A DNA stretch of 64,000 nucleotides, taken from the NCBI GenBank assembly GCA_029882395.1, contig JAOUKT010000009.1, positions 7,178-71,177 of the forward strand, given 5' to 3'. Positions 21,354 through 30,668 of the stretch are shown here, in pieces; positions within the stretch are counted from its first letter, which is position 1, and the number at the start of each line of letters is the position of its first letter. Under the pieces are notes generated by a model, which saw nothing but the letters and a program-made list of their open reading frames with translations, was not told the origin of the DNA and did no database searches. This stretch comes from Gammaproteobacteria bacterium (GTDB lineage Bacteria > Pseudomonadota > Gammaproteobacteria > SZUA-229). The position numbers and the translations under genes were made by a program.

Positions 21354-22526
21354 TTAAATTAATGTATTTTCATCAGGGTCTGCCGCCATGCTTAAGTCAC
21401 CAATATCTTTAGACATATCCGATTTTTTAGAGTCCGTACTCTCCAGTTTGATACGCAGCCTCAGGTCATTTACCGAGTCGGCATTTCTCAGGGCATCTTC
21501 ATAGCTGATTAATTTTTTCTCGTACAATCCAAATAAGGCCTGATCAAATGTTTGCATGCCCATTTCATTTGACTTGCCTATCAGCTCTTTCATGCCGTGG
21601 ACTTTGCCTTTAAAAATCAAATCTGACATTAAGGGCGAGTTGAGCATAATCTCAACCGCTGGCACTCTGCCTTTACCATCCTTGCGGCCGATCAGGCGCT
21701 GTGAAACCATGCCCCTGAGGTTAAGCGACAGATCCATTAACAGCTGCTGGCGTCGTTCTTCAGGGAAGAAATTAATAATTCGGTCGATGGCCTGATTGGT
21801 ATTATTTGAATGCAAGGTGGTCAGGCACAAATGACCTGTCTCGGCAAACTGGATGGCATACTCCATCGTTTCGCGGTCACGAACCTCGCCAATGAGAATG
21901 ACATCTGGTGCCTGGCGAAGCGTGTTTTTCAGTGCTATTTCATAGCTCTCGGTATCAACCCCGACTTCTCGCTGAGTCACAATGCAATTATTATGCTGAT
22001 GCACAAACTCGATAGGGTCTTCTATTGTAATAATGTGACCAAAGCTTTTTTGGTTGCGATAGCCAATCATCGCCGCTAATGAGGTAGATTTACCAGAACC
22101 TGTTGAGCCTACAAAGATCACCAGCCCGCGTTTGGTCATGGATACTTCTTTTAATACGGCCGGCAGCAAAAGATCCTCAAACTCAGGAATACTCGACTGT
22201 ATTACCCTAATCACCAGGCCTGTGGAGCCACGCTGGGTAAAGGCATTGACACGAAAGCGTGAAACCCCGGGCAAACTGATGGCGAAATTGACTTCCTGGT
22301 GGGCATCAAATTCTGACAACTGACGGTCGTTCATGATCGAACGTACCAGCACCTGTGTGTGCGACGGGCTTAATGTCTGGTTTGATAAAGGCGTCATTTT
22401 GCCATCAATTTTCATCGATGGTGAGGCACCCACTGTAATAAATAAATCCGAACCTCCCTTTTGCACAAGCTTATGCAGCAGCTCATGCATATACCGTATC
22501 GCCTTATCACGATCCATTGAATCCAC
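21354..22526 (-). CDS. pilU: Type IV pilus ATPase PilU
   Basis: 390 aa ORF. Long stretches match my recollection of P. aeruginosa PilU: RGLVIFVGSTGSGKSTSLAAMIGYRN, CIVTQREVG.DT.S.E.ALKNTLRQAPDVI.IGEVR, NADSVNDLRLRIKL. Confidence 0.85.
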   Translation of the reverse strand: MDSMDRDKAIRYMHELLHKLVQKGGSDLFITVGASPSMKIDGKMTPLSNQTLSPSHTQVLVRSIMNDRQLSEFDAHQEVNFAISLPGVSRFRVNAFTQRGSTGLVIRVIQSSIPEFEDLLLPAVLKEVSMTKRGLVIFVGSTGSGKSTSLAAMIGYRNQKSFGHIITIEDPIEFVHQHNNCIVTQREVGVDTESYEIALKNTLRQAPDVILIGEVRDRETMEYAIQFAETGHLCLTTLHSNNTNQAIDRIINFFPEERRQQLLMDLSLNLRGMVSQRLIGRKDGKGRVPAVEIMLNSPLMSDLIFKGKVHGMKELIGKSNEMGMQTFDQALFGLYEKKLISYEDALRNADSVNDLRLRIKLESTDSKKSDMSKDIGDLSMAADPDENTLI

Positions 22527-22564
22527 CCTTAGTGTTCATGCTTTAATTCTGATTTATATTTAGA

Positions 22565-23599
22565 TTATATCTGGTCTTTATTAGCGGCTTTTTTCATTGC
22601 TTCTTCTTTGCTAATAACACCACTGGATAACAAATCCTGCAGGCATTTATCCAGCGTCTGCATACCCACTGAGCCACCAGTCTGAATGGCTGAAAACATT
22701 TGTGCAATTTTATTTTCACGGATCAGGTTTCTTATCGCCGCGGTACCGATCATGATTTCATGCGCAGCGACCCGGCCACCACCAATTCGCTTGAGCAGGG
22801 TTTGTGAGATTACCGCGCGTAATGATTCTGACATCATCGCACGGACCATGTCTTTTTCTGCCGCTGGAAACACATCAACAATACGGTCAACTGTTTTTGC
22901 TGCCGAACTGGTATGCAAGGTGCCGAAGACCAGATGCCCTGTTTCCGCCGCTGACAGTGCCAGCCGGATCGTTTCCAGGTCACGCATCTCACCCACCAGT
23001 ATGACATCAGGATCTTCACGCAGGGCGGAACGCAGGGCTTCGCTAAAACCTAATGTATCACGGTGCACTTCACGCTGATTGATCAGGCTTTTTTTCGACT
23101 CGTGAACGAATTCGATCGGGTCTTCGATGGTCAGGATATGGCCATAATGGTTTTCATTCACATAGTTGACCATTGCCGCCAGGGTGGTTGATTTACCGGA
23201 GCCGGTGGGCCCTGTAACCAGCACAATTCCACGCGGTGTATTGGCAATGTCTTCAAATATTTTGGGGCAATTGAGTTCTTCCAGCGTCAGAATTTTTGAT
23301 GGAATGGTACGAAACACCGCACCAGCACCACGGTTATGATTAAAGGCATTAACACGAAAGCGGGCCAGTCCGGGTATTTCAAATGAAAAATCACATTCAA
23401 AGAACTCTTCAAAAGACTTTCGCTGTTTGTCATTCATAATGTCGTAAACCATGCCATGCACTGCCTCGTGGTTCATGGCATCAACATTAACTCGTCTCAC
23501 ATCCCCATCCACACGAATCATGGGTGGTAAACCGGCTGATAAATGTAAATCTGAAGCGCCATTTTTAACGCTAAAAGCCAGTAATTGTGCAATATCCAT
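22565..23599 (-). CDS. pilT: Twitching-motility retraction ATPase PilT
   Basis: 344 aa ORF with GPTGSGKSTT and the PilT-specific AIRNLIRE motif. It is divergent from yggS, as in Pseudomonas. Confidence 0.95.
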   Translation of the reverse strand: MDIAQLLAFSVKNGASDLHLSAGLPPMIRVDGDVRRVNVDAMNHEAVHGMVYDIMNDKQRKSFEEFFECDFSFEIPGLARFRVNAFNHNRGAGAVFRTIPSKILTLEELNCPKIFEDIANTPRGIVLVTGPTGSGKSTTLAAMVNYVNENHYGHILTIEDPIEFVHESKKSLINQREVHRDTLGFSEALRSALREDPDVILVGEMRDLETIRLALSAAETGHLVFGTLHTSSAAKTVDRIVDVFPAAEKDMVRAMMSESLRAVISQTLLKRIGGGRVAAHEIMIGTAAIRNLIRENKIAQMFSAIQTGGSVGMQTLDKCLQDLLSSGVISKEEAMKKAANKDQI

Positions 23600-23704
23600 T
23601 CAATTCCCCTGAAAACAATTGGTTATATAATGCGTATGACTATTCTTATAGTTAAAATAATGCCTTATATCTAATAAATTGGCTACCTGTGGACAGGCTT
23701 ATCT

Positions 23705-24397
23705 ATGAATTTGCTGGCAAAAAACCTGAAAAATGTAAAACAGCGGCTTATGCAGGCAGCCACTCAAGCAAACCGCTCAGCTGAAAGCATCCGCTTGATA
23801 GCTGTCAGTAAAACCAAACCTGCTGCCGACATTGAACAGGCTTATCTGGCCGGGCAACGCGAGTTCGGCGAAAATTATCTGCAAGAAGCGGTTGATAAAA
23901 TCGCTCAACTGTCTCAGCTTGCCGATATTAAATGGCATTTCATCGGCTCCATTCAATCCAATAAGACCAAACAGATTGCCGAATATTTTGACTGGGTACA
24001 CAGTGTCGACCGCTTAAAACTGGCTCAACGACTGTCGCAGCAAAGAGTCGATACAAAAGCGCCTTTAAACATCTGCCTGCAGGTTAATATCAGTCACGAA
24101 GACAGCAAATCCGGTATTTTACTGGCTGAGGTACCGCTGCTGGCCAAACAGGTCTGCCAGTTAAAAAATATTACATTACGCGGTCTGATGGCTATTCCGC
24201 TAAAAACAAAAGATACGGCACAGCAGCGCCAGTATTTCAAACAGATAAAAGACTGCTTCGACGAGCTTAACCGTCAGGGTATGCAACTCGATACCTTATC
24301 TATGGGCATGAGCAATGACATGGAGATTGCCATTGCCGAAGGAGCGACTATGATTCGGGTCGGCACAGCAATTTTTGGTGAGCGTGCGCAAAAATAA
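23705..24397 (+). CDS. yggS: YggS-family pyridoxal-phosphate homeostasis protein
   Basis: 230 aa ORF with the PLP-lysine context LIAVSKTKP. yggS-proC-yggT synteny is present. Confidence 0.9.
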   Translation: MNLLAKNLKNVKQRLMQAATQANRSAESIRLIAVSKTKPAADIEQAYLAGQREFGENYLQEAVDKIAQLSQLADIKWHFIGSIQSNKTKQIAEYFDWVHSVDRLKLAQRLSQQRVDTKAPLNICLQVNISHEDSKSGILLAEVPLLAKQVCQLKNITLRGLMAIPLKTKDTAQQRQYFKQIKDCFDELNRQGMQLDTLSMGMSNDMEIAIAEGATMIRVGTAIFGERAQK

Positions 24398-24434
24398 GTT
24401 AAAATAGCCCAATCATTTTAGAAGACTAAGTTAT

Positions 24435-25262
24435 ATGAGTCAGAAAATTACTTTTATTGGCGGCGGCAACATGGCCAGCAGCCTGATCTCAGGCCTGATT
24501 AGCAAACACTACGCCCGCTCTGACATTACTGTCGCTGAGCCCGATCAGCAAAAATGCCATAGCCTGCAGCAGCAGTTCGGCATCAACACCACTACCGACA
24601 GCCAGCAGGCCATCGCCGCGGCCGATATTATCGTACTGGCGGTAAAACCTCAGGTCATGCAGTCTGTATGCAAAGACATCGCTTCCGGCGTGCAAAAAAA
24701 CAAAGCCTTGATTATCTCAATAGCGGCAGGACTGCTGAGTAAGGATATCAGCCGCTGGCTCGGTGACAACATCAGCCTGGTTCGCTGCATGCCCAATACA
24801 CCTTCATTATTAAATCAGGGTGCGACGGGTTTATATGCCAACGAGAACGTCAGCGCGGAGCAAAAGCAACAGGCCGATCACATCTTAGCCAGTGCTGGTG
24901 TTAATGTATGGGTTGATGATGAAAAGCTACTTGATGCTGTCACCGCCGTGTCCGGCTCTGGCCCGGCATATTATTTCCTGTTCATGGAAGCCATGCAAAA
25001 AGCCGCTATAAAACTAGGACTGGATGCTCAGCAAGCCAGAACACTGAGCTTGCACACGGCTTTAGGAGCGGCCCGCATGGCTTTAGAGTCTGATGAAGAT
25101 GCCGCTAGCTTAAGAGCCAGGGTCACTTCAAAAGGTGGCACCACCGAACAAGCCATTAACACATTTGAAGCCCATCAGTTAGAAGATATCGTCATGCAGG
25201 CGATGCAAGCCGCTAATGACAAAGCGATTGAACTGGCTGAAATTTTAGGAAAAGATGAATGA
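24435..25262 (+). CDS. proC: Pyrroline-5-carboxylate reductase
   Basis: 275 aa ORF with the ITFIGGGNMASSL Rossmann motif and the C-terminal TSKGGTTE motif. Confidence 0.93.
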   Translation: MSQKITFIGGGNMASSLISGLISKHYARSDITVAEPDQQKCHSLQQQFGINTTTDSQQAIAAADIIVLAVKPQVMQSVCKDIASGVQKNKALIISIAAGLLSKDISRWLGDNISLVRCMPNTPSLLNQGATGLYANENVSAEQKQQADHILASAGVNVWVDDEKLLDAVTAVSGSGPAYYFLFMEAMQKAAIKLGLDAQQARTLSLHTALGAARMALESDEDAASLRARVTSKGGTTEQAINTFEAHQLEDIVMQAMQAANDKAIELAEILGKDE

Positions 25263-25822
25263 ACAACTATGCCGCAAACCCTTTAATCTTTATTATTTCT
25301 ACCCTGTTCCATCTATACGCCTTTGCCCTGGTTTTACGTTTTGTTTTACAGTGGGTGAAAGCGGATTTTTACAATCCACTGACGCAATTTATAGTAAAAA
25401 TCACCACGCCCGCCGTTAAGCCGGCAAAACAAATCATCCCCGGTTACAACGGGATGGACATTGCAACGCTGGTTGTCTGTTACCTGGTTCTGGCTCTGTC
25501 ACAGTTTATTGTGCAGACGCTGGGTGGTTTGCCGCTGTCCGCACTGAGCGTTTTCATCATGGCGATTACCGACATGGTGTCACTACTGATTGACGTTTTT
25601 TTCTATGCCATTCTGGTACAGGCTCTTATTAGCTGGATCAACCCGCAAAGTTACAACCCCATCAGCCAGGTATTAGCCAGCGTTACGGCACCTGTATTAC
25701 GGCCTGTACAAAAATTCATACCGCCTTTAGGGGGCATGGATATTTCACCCATATTTGCCATGATCGGCTTGAAAGTCATTGAAATGCTGGTCAACCCTAT
25801 TTTTTATTCTGTCTTGAAATAA
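25259..25822 (+). CDS. yggT: YggT-family integral membrane protein
   Basis: 187 aa ORF with two YGGT repeats. Its start overlaps the proC stop (ATGA). Confidence 0.85.
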   Translation: MNNYAANPLIFIISTLFHLYAFALVLRFVLQWVKADFYNPLTQFIVKITTPAVKPAKQIIPGYNGMDIATLVVCYLVLALSQFIVQTLGGLPLSALSVFIMAITDMVSLLIDVFFYAILVQALISWINPQSYNPISQVLASVTAPVLRPVQKFIPPLGGMDISPIFAMIGLKVIEMLVNPIFYSVLK

Positions 25823-26062
25823 GCCTTGGCTCTCGATTAATAATGATTTAGTCTCCGCTGTAACGATACTGGCCAATGCCCTGAGAGAGCATCGGGGCCG
25901 GCTCATTTACAAGCCGCCACAGAAAATGCTGTCACCAGACGAAACCGCTTGCAAAACAAAACGACGGTTAAAGGCCACGACACAAATGCCAGACATTATA
26001 AAGGCTGAAACCAAACAGCAAGCCTGATAAACTTTATCAATATTCATACAAAGTAATACCCG

Positions 26063-27235
26063 ATGCCAGAAGCGATAGCCGAAAACTCAATAGGAATTGT
26101 CAAACCTCAACTTCATCACTTTGATGAAGCCTTGCAGCTTGACTGTGGAAAAACCCTGGAGCAATACGATCTTATTATCGAAACCTACGGCAGCCTCAAT
26201 GCTGATGCCAGCAATGCTATCCTGATTTGTCACGCTTTATCTGGTGATCATCATGCTGCCGGTTATCATTCAATGGATGACAAAAAACCCGGCTGGTGGG
26301 AAAGCGCGATCGGTCCTGGCAAAACAATCGATACCAATAAGTTTTTTGTCGTATCCTCAAACAACTTAGGCGGCTGCAAAGGCTCTACTGGGCCGACCAC
26401 TAAAATACCTGGCACCGATACATTCTATGGCCCGGACTTTCCCATCGTTACTGTCAAAGACTGGGTGCGCAGCCAGCAACGTCTAATGCAGAAACTCGGC
26501 ATCCCCAAATGGACGGCAGTTATTGGTGGCAGCCTGGGCGGCATGCAGGTTTTACAATGGTCTATTGACTACCCAGAGCTGATCGATCACGCTATTGTCA
26601 TCGCCGCCGCTGCGAAACTCACCGCACAAAACATTGCCTTTAATGAAGTCGCCCGTCAGGCCATCATGACTGACCCGGAATTTCATGAAGGTCACTATCT
26701 GGCCAACAATACAAAACCTAAGGGCGGCGTCATGCTGGCACGCATGTTAGGCCACATTACTTATCTGTCTGACGATGCCATGCGGGAAAAATTTGGCCGC
26801 GAATTACGCGAGGGCAAACTCAATTTTGGTTTTGATGTTGATTTTCAGGTCGAGTCATACCTGCGTCATCAGGGCAAATCCTTTGTTGAGCGCTTTGATG
26901 CCAACACTTATCTGTTAATGACTAAAGCGCTGGATTACTTCGACCCTGCCAGCGACTATGATGACAACCTGGTGACCGCTCTTCAACAGGCTAAAGCAAA
27001 ATTTCTGGTTATCTCGTTCACAAGCGACTGGCGTTTCGCACCCGAAAGATCACGCGAACTAAGCCGCGCCCTTGTCGCAGCGAACCAGGACATTAGTTAC
27101 GTCGAAATAACGGCCCACCACGGCCACGATGCGTTCTTAATACCTATCCCGGAATACCTTGCCGCTTTCGGTGCTTATATGAATACAGTGGCAGCTAAAA
27201 CCGAAAATGCTGAAAACAAAAAGGCCAGCTCATGA
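26063..27235 (+). CDS. metX: Homoserine O-acyltransferase MetX (acetyl- or succinyl-specific, not distinguishable by eye)
   Basis: 390 aa alpha/beta hydrolase with nucleophile elbow [10 protein letters not shown] and the SDWRF motif. Confidence 0.93.
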   Translation: MPEAIAENSIGIVKPQLHHFDEALQLDCGKTLEQYDLIIETYGSLNADASNAILICHALSGDHHAAGYHSMDDKKPGWWESAIGPGKTIDTNKFFVVSSNNLGGCKGSTGPTTKIPGTDTFYGPDFPIVTVKDWVRSQQRLMQKLGIPKWTAVIGGSLGGMQVLQWSIDYPELIDHAIVIAAAAKLTAQNIAFNEVARQAIMTDPEFHEGHYLANNTKPKGGVMLARMLGHITYLSDDAMREKFGRELREGKLNFGFDVDFQVESYLRHQGKSFVERFDANTYLLMTKALDYFDPASDYDDNLVTALQQAKAKFLVISFTSDWRFAPERSRELSRALVAANQDISYVEITAHHGHDAFLIPIPEYLAAFGAYMNTVAAKTENAENKKASS

Positions 27236-27834
27236 CACTACGCGCCGACCTTGCACTCATCAGCGAGTGGATTAAAGCCGATTCACGCATCCTCGATTTG
27301 GGCTGTGGTGATGGCACTTTACTAAGGCATTTGCGTGACACGATGAATGTCAGTGGATACGGTATTGAAATTGAACACACTGATATCGTTAAATGCATCG
27401 AATCAGATGTTAACGTTATTCAAACAGACCTGGATGAAGGCATCAACGATTATTTTGATGCTGACTCTTTTGACTATGTGGTGATGACACAAGCCATACA
27501 GGCCATCAAACGGCCTGAAAAATTACTCGATGAAATCCTGCGTGTGAGCAGCGATGCCATCATCACTTTTCCGAATATGGGGCACTGGTCAAGCCGCTTG
27601 CAACTTGGTCTCGGCGGCCACATGCCGGTAACAAAAAGCCTGCCTCACTCGTGGTATAACACACCCAATATTCATCTGTGTACTTTAAAAGATTTTGAAG
27701 ACCTGTGCATAGAGCTGGGCATTCGCATCATCAAACGCCGTGTGGTTGACAGCCAGCACAGACACCGCTGGCTATCAAAAATATTTCCCAGTTTGTTTGG
27801 TGAAATTGCGATTTATCATATCACCAAGAAATAG
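27232..27834 (+). CDS. metW: Methionine biosynthesis protein MetW
   Basis: 200 aa ORF with the SAM-MTase-like motif ILDLGCGDG. Its start overlaps the metX stop (ATGA). Confidence 0.9.
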   Translation: MTLRADLALISEWIKADSRILDLGCGDGTLLRHLRDTMNVSGYGIEIEHTDIVKCIESDVNVIQTDLDEGINDYFDADSFDYVVMTQAIQAIKRPEKLLDEILRVSSDAIITFPNMGHWSSRLQLGLGGHMPVTKSLPHSWYNTPNIHLCTLKDFEDLCIELGIRIIKRRVVDSQHRHRWLSKIFPSLFGEIAIYHITKK

Positions 27835-27868
27835 TGGTCAGTGGTCAGTGGTCAGTGGTCAGTGGTCA
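27833..27868. repeat. Heptanucleotide microsatellite (AGTGGTC)x5
   Basis: Five perfect tandem units counted directly. The first unit starts inside the metW TAG stop codon. Confidence 0.95.
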
Positions 27869-27968
27869 AAAAAGTTTAACGCTGAAAGACTCGCAATCAA
27901 CTCTAAAACCAATAATCTTTTGACCTTACTGCAAACAGAACACTGACAACTCTAATTTTCTTTTACAT

Positions 27969-28601
27969 TTAAAATCCATAATTTAGCACCACTGATATCG
28001 CGCTGTCTGACCAGTCTTCTGTCACTGGCGAGCCGCTGACATAATTATCAGTATCAACACCTAATTCAAAAAGACCAAACATATACATCACACTCAGTGA
28101 CGAGGCGCCCAAAATTTCCATATTGTTAAACAATAAACCGGCACCGGCACTGACCGAAGGAAGATAAACAGCAAAATCATCGCTGTGACTGCCACCACCG
28201 GCCGTACCCAACGCAACAAGATACGTTACCTCAGCCTGCAATATCAATTTCATTGAGTCGTTAACGGCCAAACGAGCCTGCCCTATAAAACCGGCTCGTG
28301 CTGCAAAAGCGCTTTCATCTTCACTCGGCCAGCTGGTATAGGAACCGGCCGGGTACAAAGAACCGGTAAAACCATATTTAATAACATCACCTTCGCTTGC
28401 ATTAAAATAATAATCTGCCCTGACGCCTACAAAACTAAACTCCTCTTCATAATAGACTCCGGGATATTCATACCAGCGGGTATAACTGTCTCTTGATTCA
28501 ATTGAAATAGAGGATTCATCTGCCGCAGATGATAATGCCGGAAAGATTAAGAGCAGCGCTGCAAGCTGCAGAGCAAAGAAAGTAAAAGCTGTTTTTTTCA
28601 T
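27969..28601 (-). CDS. Small outer-membrane beta-barrel-like protein (hypothetical)
   Basis: Signal peptide ends ...ALSSA/AD. The sequence has alternating aromatic/small residues, is Gly/Tyr-rich, and ends ...VVLNYGF, which is OMP-like. Confidence 0.5.
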   Translation of the reverse strand: MKKTAFTFFALQLAALLLIFPALSSAADESSISIESRDSYTRWYEYPGVYYEEEFSFVGVRADYYFNASEGDVIKYGFTGSLYPAGSYTSWPSEDESAFAARAGFIGQARLAVNDSMKLILQAEVTYLVALGTAGGGSHSDDFAVYLPSVSAGAGLLFNNMEILGASSLSVMYMFGLFELGVDTDNYVSGSPVTEDWSDSAISVVLNYGF

Positions 28602-28689
28602 AATAATACTCCTTCATTATTTTCTAAAACATACTTTTAAATATGGCCATCACAAATGATAAAAATCAAATATTATGAAAATAATTTTT

Positions 28690-29382
28690 CTATACGGCCT
28701 GGCGAATCACTCGGACAGCCAAAAACATTAAATAAAACGAAAATAAAACAATCATGCCGCCGCTGATTTGTTTGATTATTTTATGCTGGAAATATTTCAA
28801 CAGGCTTCCGGCAAACAATCCCATTAATATTAAGTTGGGCAGCGTACCTAAACCAAAGCTGAACATTATCAGCGCGCCCTGATAAAAACTGCCCGCCGAT
28901 ATTGACCAGATCAGCACGCTATAAACCATCCCGCAAGGCAGCCATCCCCATATTAATCCTAATACAAAGGCCTGGCGGAAATTTTTAACCGGCATTAACC
29001 GCCGCCCCAATGGCTCTATTTTTTTCCAGACATTTGCACCGAGTTTTTCCACGCGATTTAAACCAAACCACCATCCGCTCAGATAAAAACCTAAAGCCAT
29101 CATGAAAAGCGCGGCCAATAATTGCAATAGACCCTGGGCAAAATGGATATCAATCCAGTGAGTCGCAAACCAGCCGATGCTGCCCATTAATCCACCTGCT
29201 AGCGCATAACTAATGATACGCGCAAAATTATAAGACAATAATATTGACACTTTCTGTACTTTACTGTCAGCCGCCTGACTCAAGCTCAAAGCGCCGATAA
29301 TTCCACCACACATACCCGCGCAGTGAACAACACCTAAAAAACCGACTAAAAAAGCCGAAATATAACTAAATTGTTCCTGCAT
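28690..29382 (-). CDS. Polytopic membrane protein, DsbD_2 / TauE-SafE-like (HCxxMCGG motif)
   Basis: 230 aa ORF with about 6 TM helices and the N-terminal motif GVVHCAGMCGGIIG. The family assignment is from memory only. Confidence 0.55.
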   Translation of the reverse strand: MQEQFSYISAFLVGFLGVVHCAGMCGGIIGALSLSQAADSKVQKVSILLSYNFARIISYALAGGLMGSIGWFATHWIDIHFAQGLLQLLAALFMMALGFYLSGWWFGLNRVEKLGANVWKKIEPLGRRLMPVKNFRQAFVLGLIWGWLPCGMVYSVLIWSISAGSFYQGALIMFSFGLGTLPNLILMGLFAGSLLKYFQHKIIKQISGGMIVLFSFYLMFLAVRVIRQAV

Positions 29383-29475
29383 ATGCTTGCAATCATCATA
29401 AAAAAGTTTAAGAATTTACCCCCATAGAATACCTAGCTTTATCCAACACGGCAAATACCCATCAGGAGACATTAC

Positions 29476-29871
29476 ATGGCTGTTAAAAAGAAAGCTGCAA
29501 AGAAGAAAGTCGCCCCAAAGGCTTCAGCAGTGCCCGCAAAAAAGTTAACCGCAATCAAAGAGCGTTATTCAAAAACAGCCATTCTCAACGAGATTGCTGA
29601 AAACACTGATTTAAGCCGCAAACAAGTGTCAGCCGTACTCGATGAATTATCAGACCTGACTGAACGCCATATCAAAAAACGCGCCTGTGGCGAATTTGTT
29701 GTTCCCGGTTTGATGAAAGTTATTACTGTCCGCAAACCTGCAACCAAGGCCCGCAAAAATGTCCCCAACCCTTTTAAGCCCGGTGAATTAATGGACGTGG
29801 CCGCTAAACCGGCACGGACGATGGTTAAGGTTAGGCCATTGAAAAAACTTAAAGAAATGGCAGAGAAATAA
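29476..29871 (+). CDS. HU/IHF-fold DNA-binding protein with Lys/Ala-rich N-terminal tail
   Basis: Residues ~30-125 align to the HU pattern (SKTAILNEIAENTDLSRKQVSAVLDEL...G.F.V.G......R....AR..RNP..G). The N-terminus MAVKKKAAKKKVAPKASAVPAKK is histone-H1-like. Confidence 0.75.
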   Translation: MAVKKKAAKKKVAPKASAVPAKKLTAIKERYSKTAILNEIAENTDLSRKQVSAVLDELSDLTERHIKKRACGEFVVPGLMKVITVRKPATKARKNVPNPFKPGELMDVAAKPARTMVKVRPLKKLKEMAEK

Positions 29872-29890
29872 ACTGCAATTTCTTTTCATA

Positions 29891-29915
29891 AAAAGCCCCT
29901 CCCGGGGCTTTTTTA
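29891..29915 (+). terminator. Rho-independent terminator of the HU-like gene
   Basis: AAAAGCCCC-tccc-GGGGCTTTTTT. Confidence 0.85.
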
Positions 29916-30240
29916 TTGTCTTTAATATTTTATTGTTAAAAACAAAAGTCAAAAATATGGGCATTTGCCTGTCTTGGTAACTGTCCCTACATTACTCTAC
30001 CTCCAGTACCTATACAATCTTCTATGGAAACAATGCGCCGCAAACAACGAGACGGGGCTAAACCTCAAAACCGATACATTCTTTAAAGATTTATATTTGT
30101 TGGTTTTGACTTTGACTTAAAGCACCCATTTAAACAAGCCGAGGAAAGTGTAATATGGACGGGGATTTCTGCGAGGATGTCTGAGCATGTTTTTTATGCG
30201 AGTTCCGCAGCAGCCGTCGATATTGCGAATGACGAAGGTA

Positions 30241-30345
30241 CCCTCATGCCTTTTATGAGGGCTTGATTAACGGGGCGGCATTCTTTTGGTTACTTTTCTG
30301 TTGCTGTAGACAGAAAAGTGACTCGCTGTCGGTCGACTACCGACG
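30241..30345. other. Three consecutive perfect hairpins in the HU / yggX spacer
   Basis: H1 at 30241-30261 is CCCTCAT/ATGAGGG. H2 at 30292-30319 is ACTTTTCTGT/ACAGAAAAGT. H3 at 30328-30344 is GTCGGT/ACCGAC, followed by gcctttgaatttgttttt. Confidence 0.6.
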
Positions 30346-30368
30346 CCTTTGAATTTGTTTTTAAAATA

Positions 30369-30644
30369 TTACTCCGATGGCGCGACAAAGCCTTCAATCT
30401 TTGCACCTTCTTCTCCGGTGAACAAAAACTTTTCCATTTCATCTTTTAAAAACTGTTTTGCTTTTGGGTCTATGGGTGACAAACGATTTTCATTCATTAA
30501 CATTGTCTGACGTTCAATCCACATCTGCCATGCTTGTTTTGAAACCGTATCAAATATCTTTTGACCCATCTCACCAGGATAAGGTGCTTTTTCCAGCCCT
30601 TCCGCTTCTTTACCTAATTTCACACACTGCACCATCCGGCTCAT
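30369..30644 (-). CDS. yggX: Fe(2+)-trafficking / oxidative-damage protection protein YggX
   Basis: MSRMVQCVKLGKEAEGLEKAPYPGEMGQKIF...QTMLMNENRL matches the YggX pattern. Start is ATG 30644 with a GGAG SD. It lies downstream of mutY, as in enterics and pseudomonads. Confidence 0.9.
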   Translation of the reverse strand: MSRMVQCVKLGKEAEGLEKAPYPGEMGQKIFDTVSKQAWQMWIERQTMLMNENRLSPIDPKAKQFLKDEMEKFLFTGEEGAKIEGFVAPSE

Positions 30645-30668
30645 TTTATTCTCCAACTTTTTTTGATG

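Noticed and set aside
27833-27868. Repeat array considered as a CRISPR or mini-CRISPR.
   Set aside because: The units are 7 nt, contiguous, with no spacers, and there are no cas genes. It is a simple microsatellite.
30155-30200. Resemblance of GGACGGGGATTTCTGCGAGGATGTCTGAGCATG to the 5' ends of 6S RNA (AUUUCUCUGAGAUGUUCG) and tmRNA (GACGGGAUUUGCGAAAC).
   Set aside because: No complementary 3' closing strand for a 6S-type long helix is present. There is no tRNA-like acceptor/T-arm or ...CCACCA end for tmRNA. The usual genomic contexts are also absent. It is kept only as part of the generic sRNA-candidate finding.
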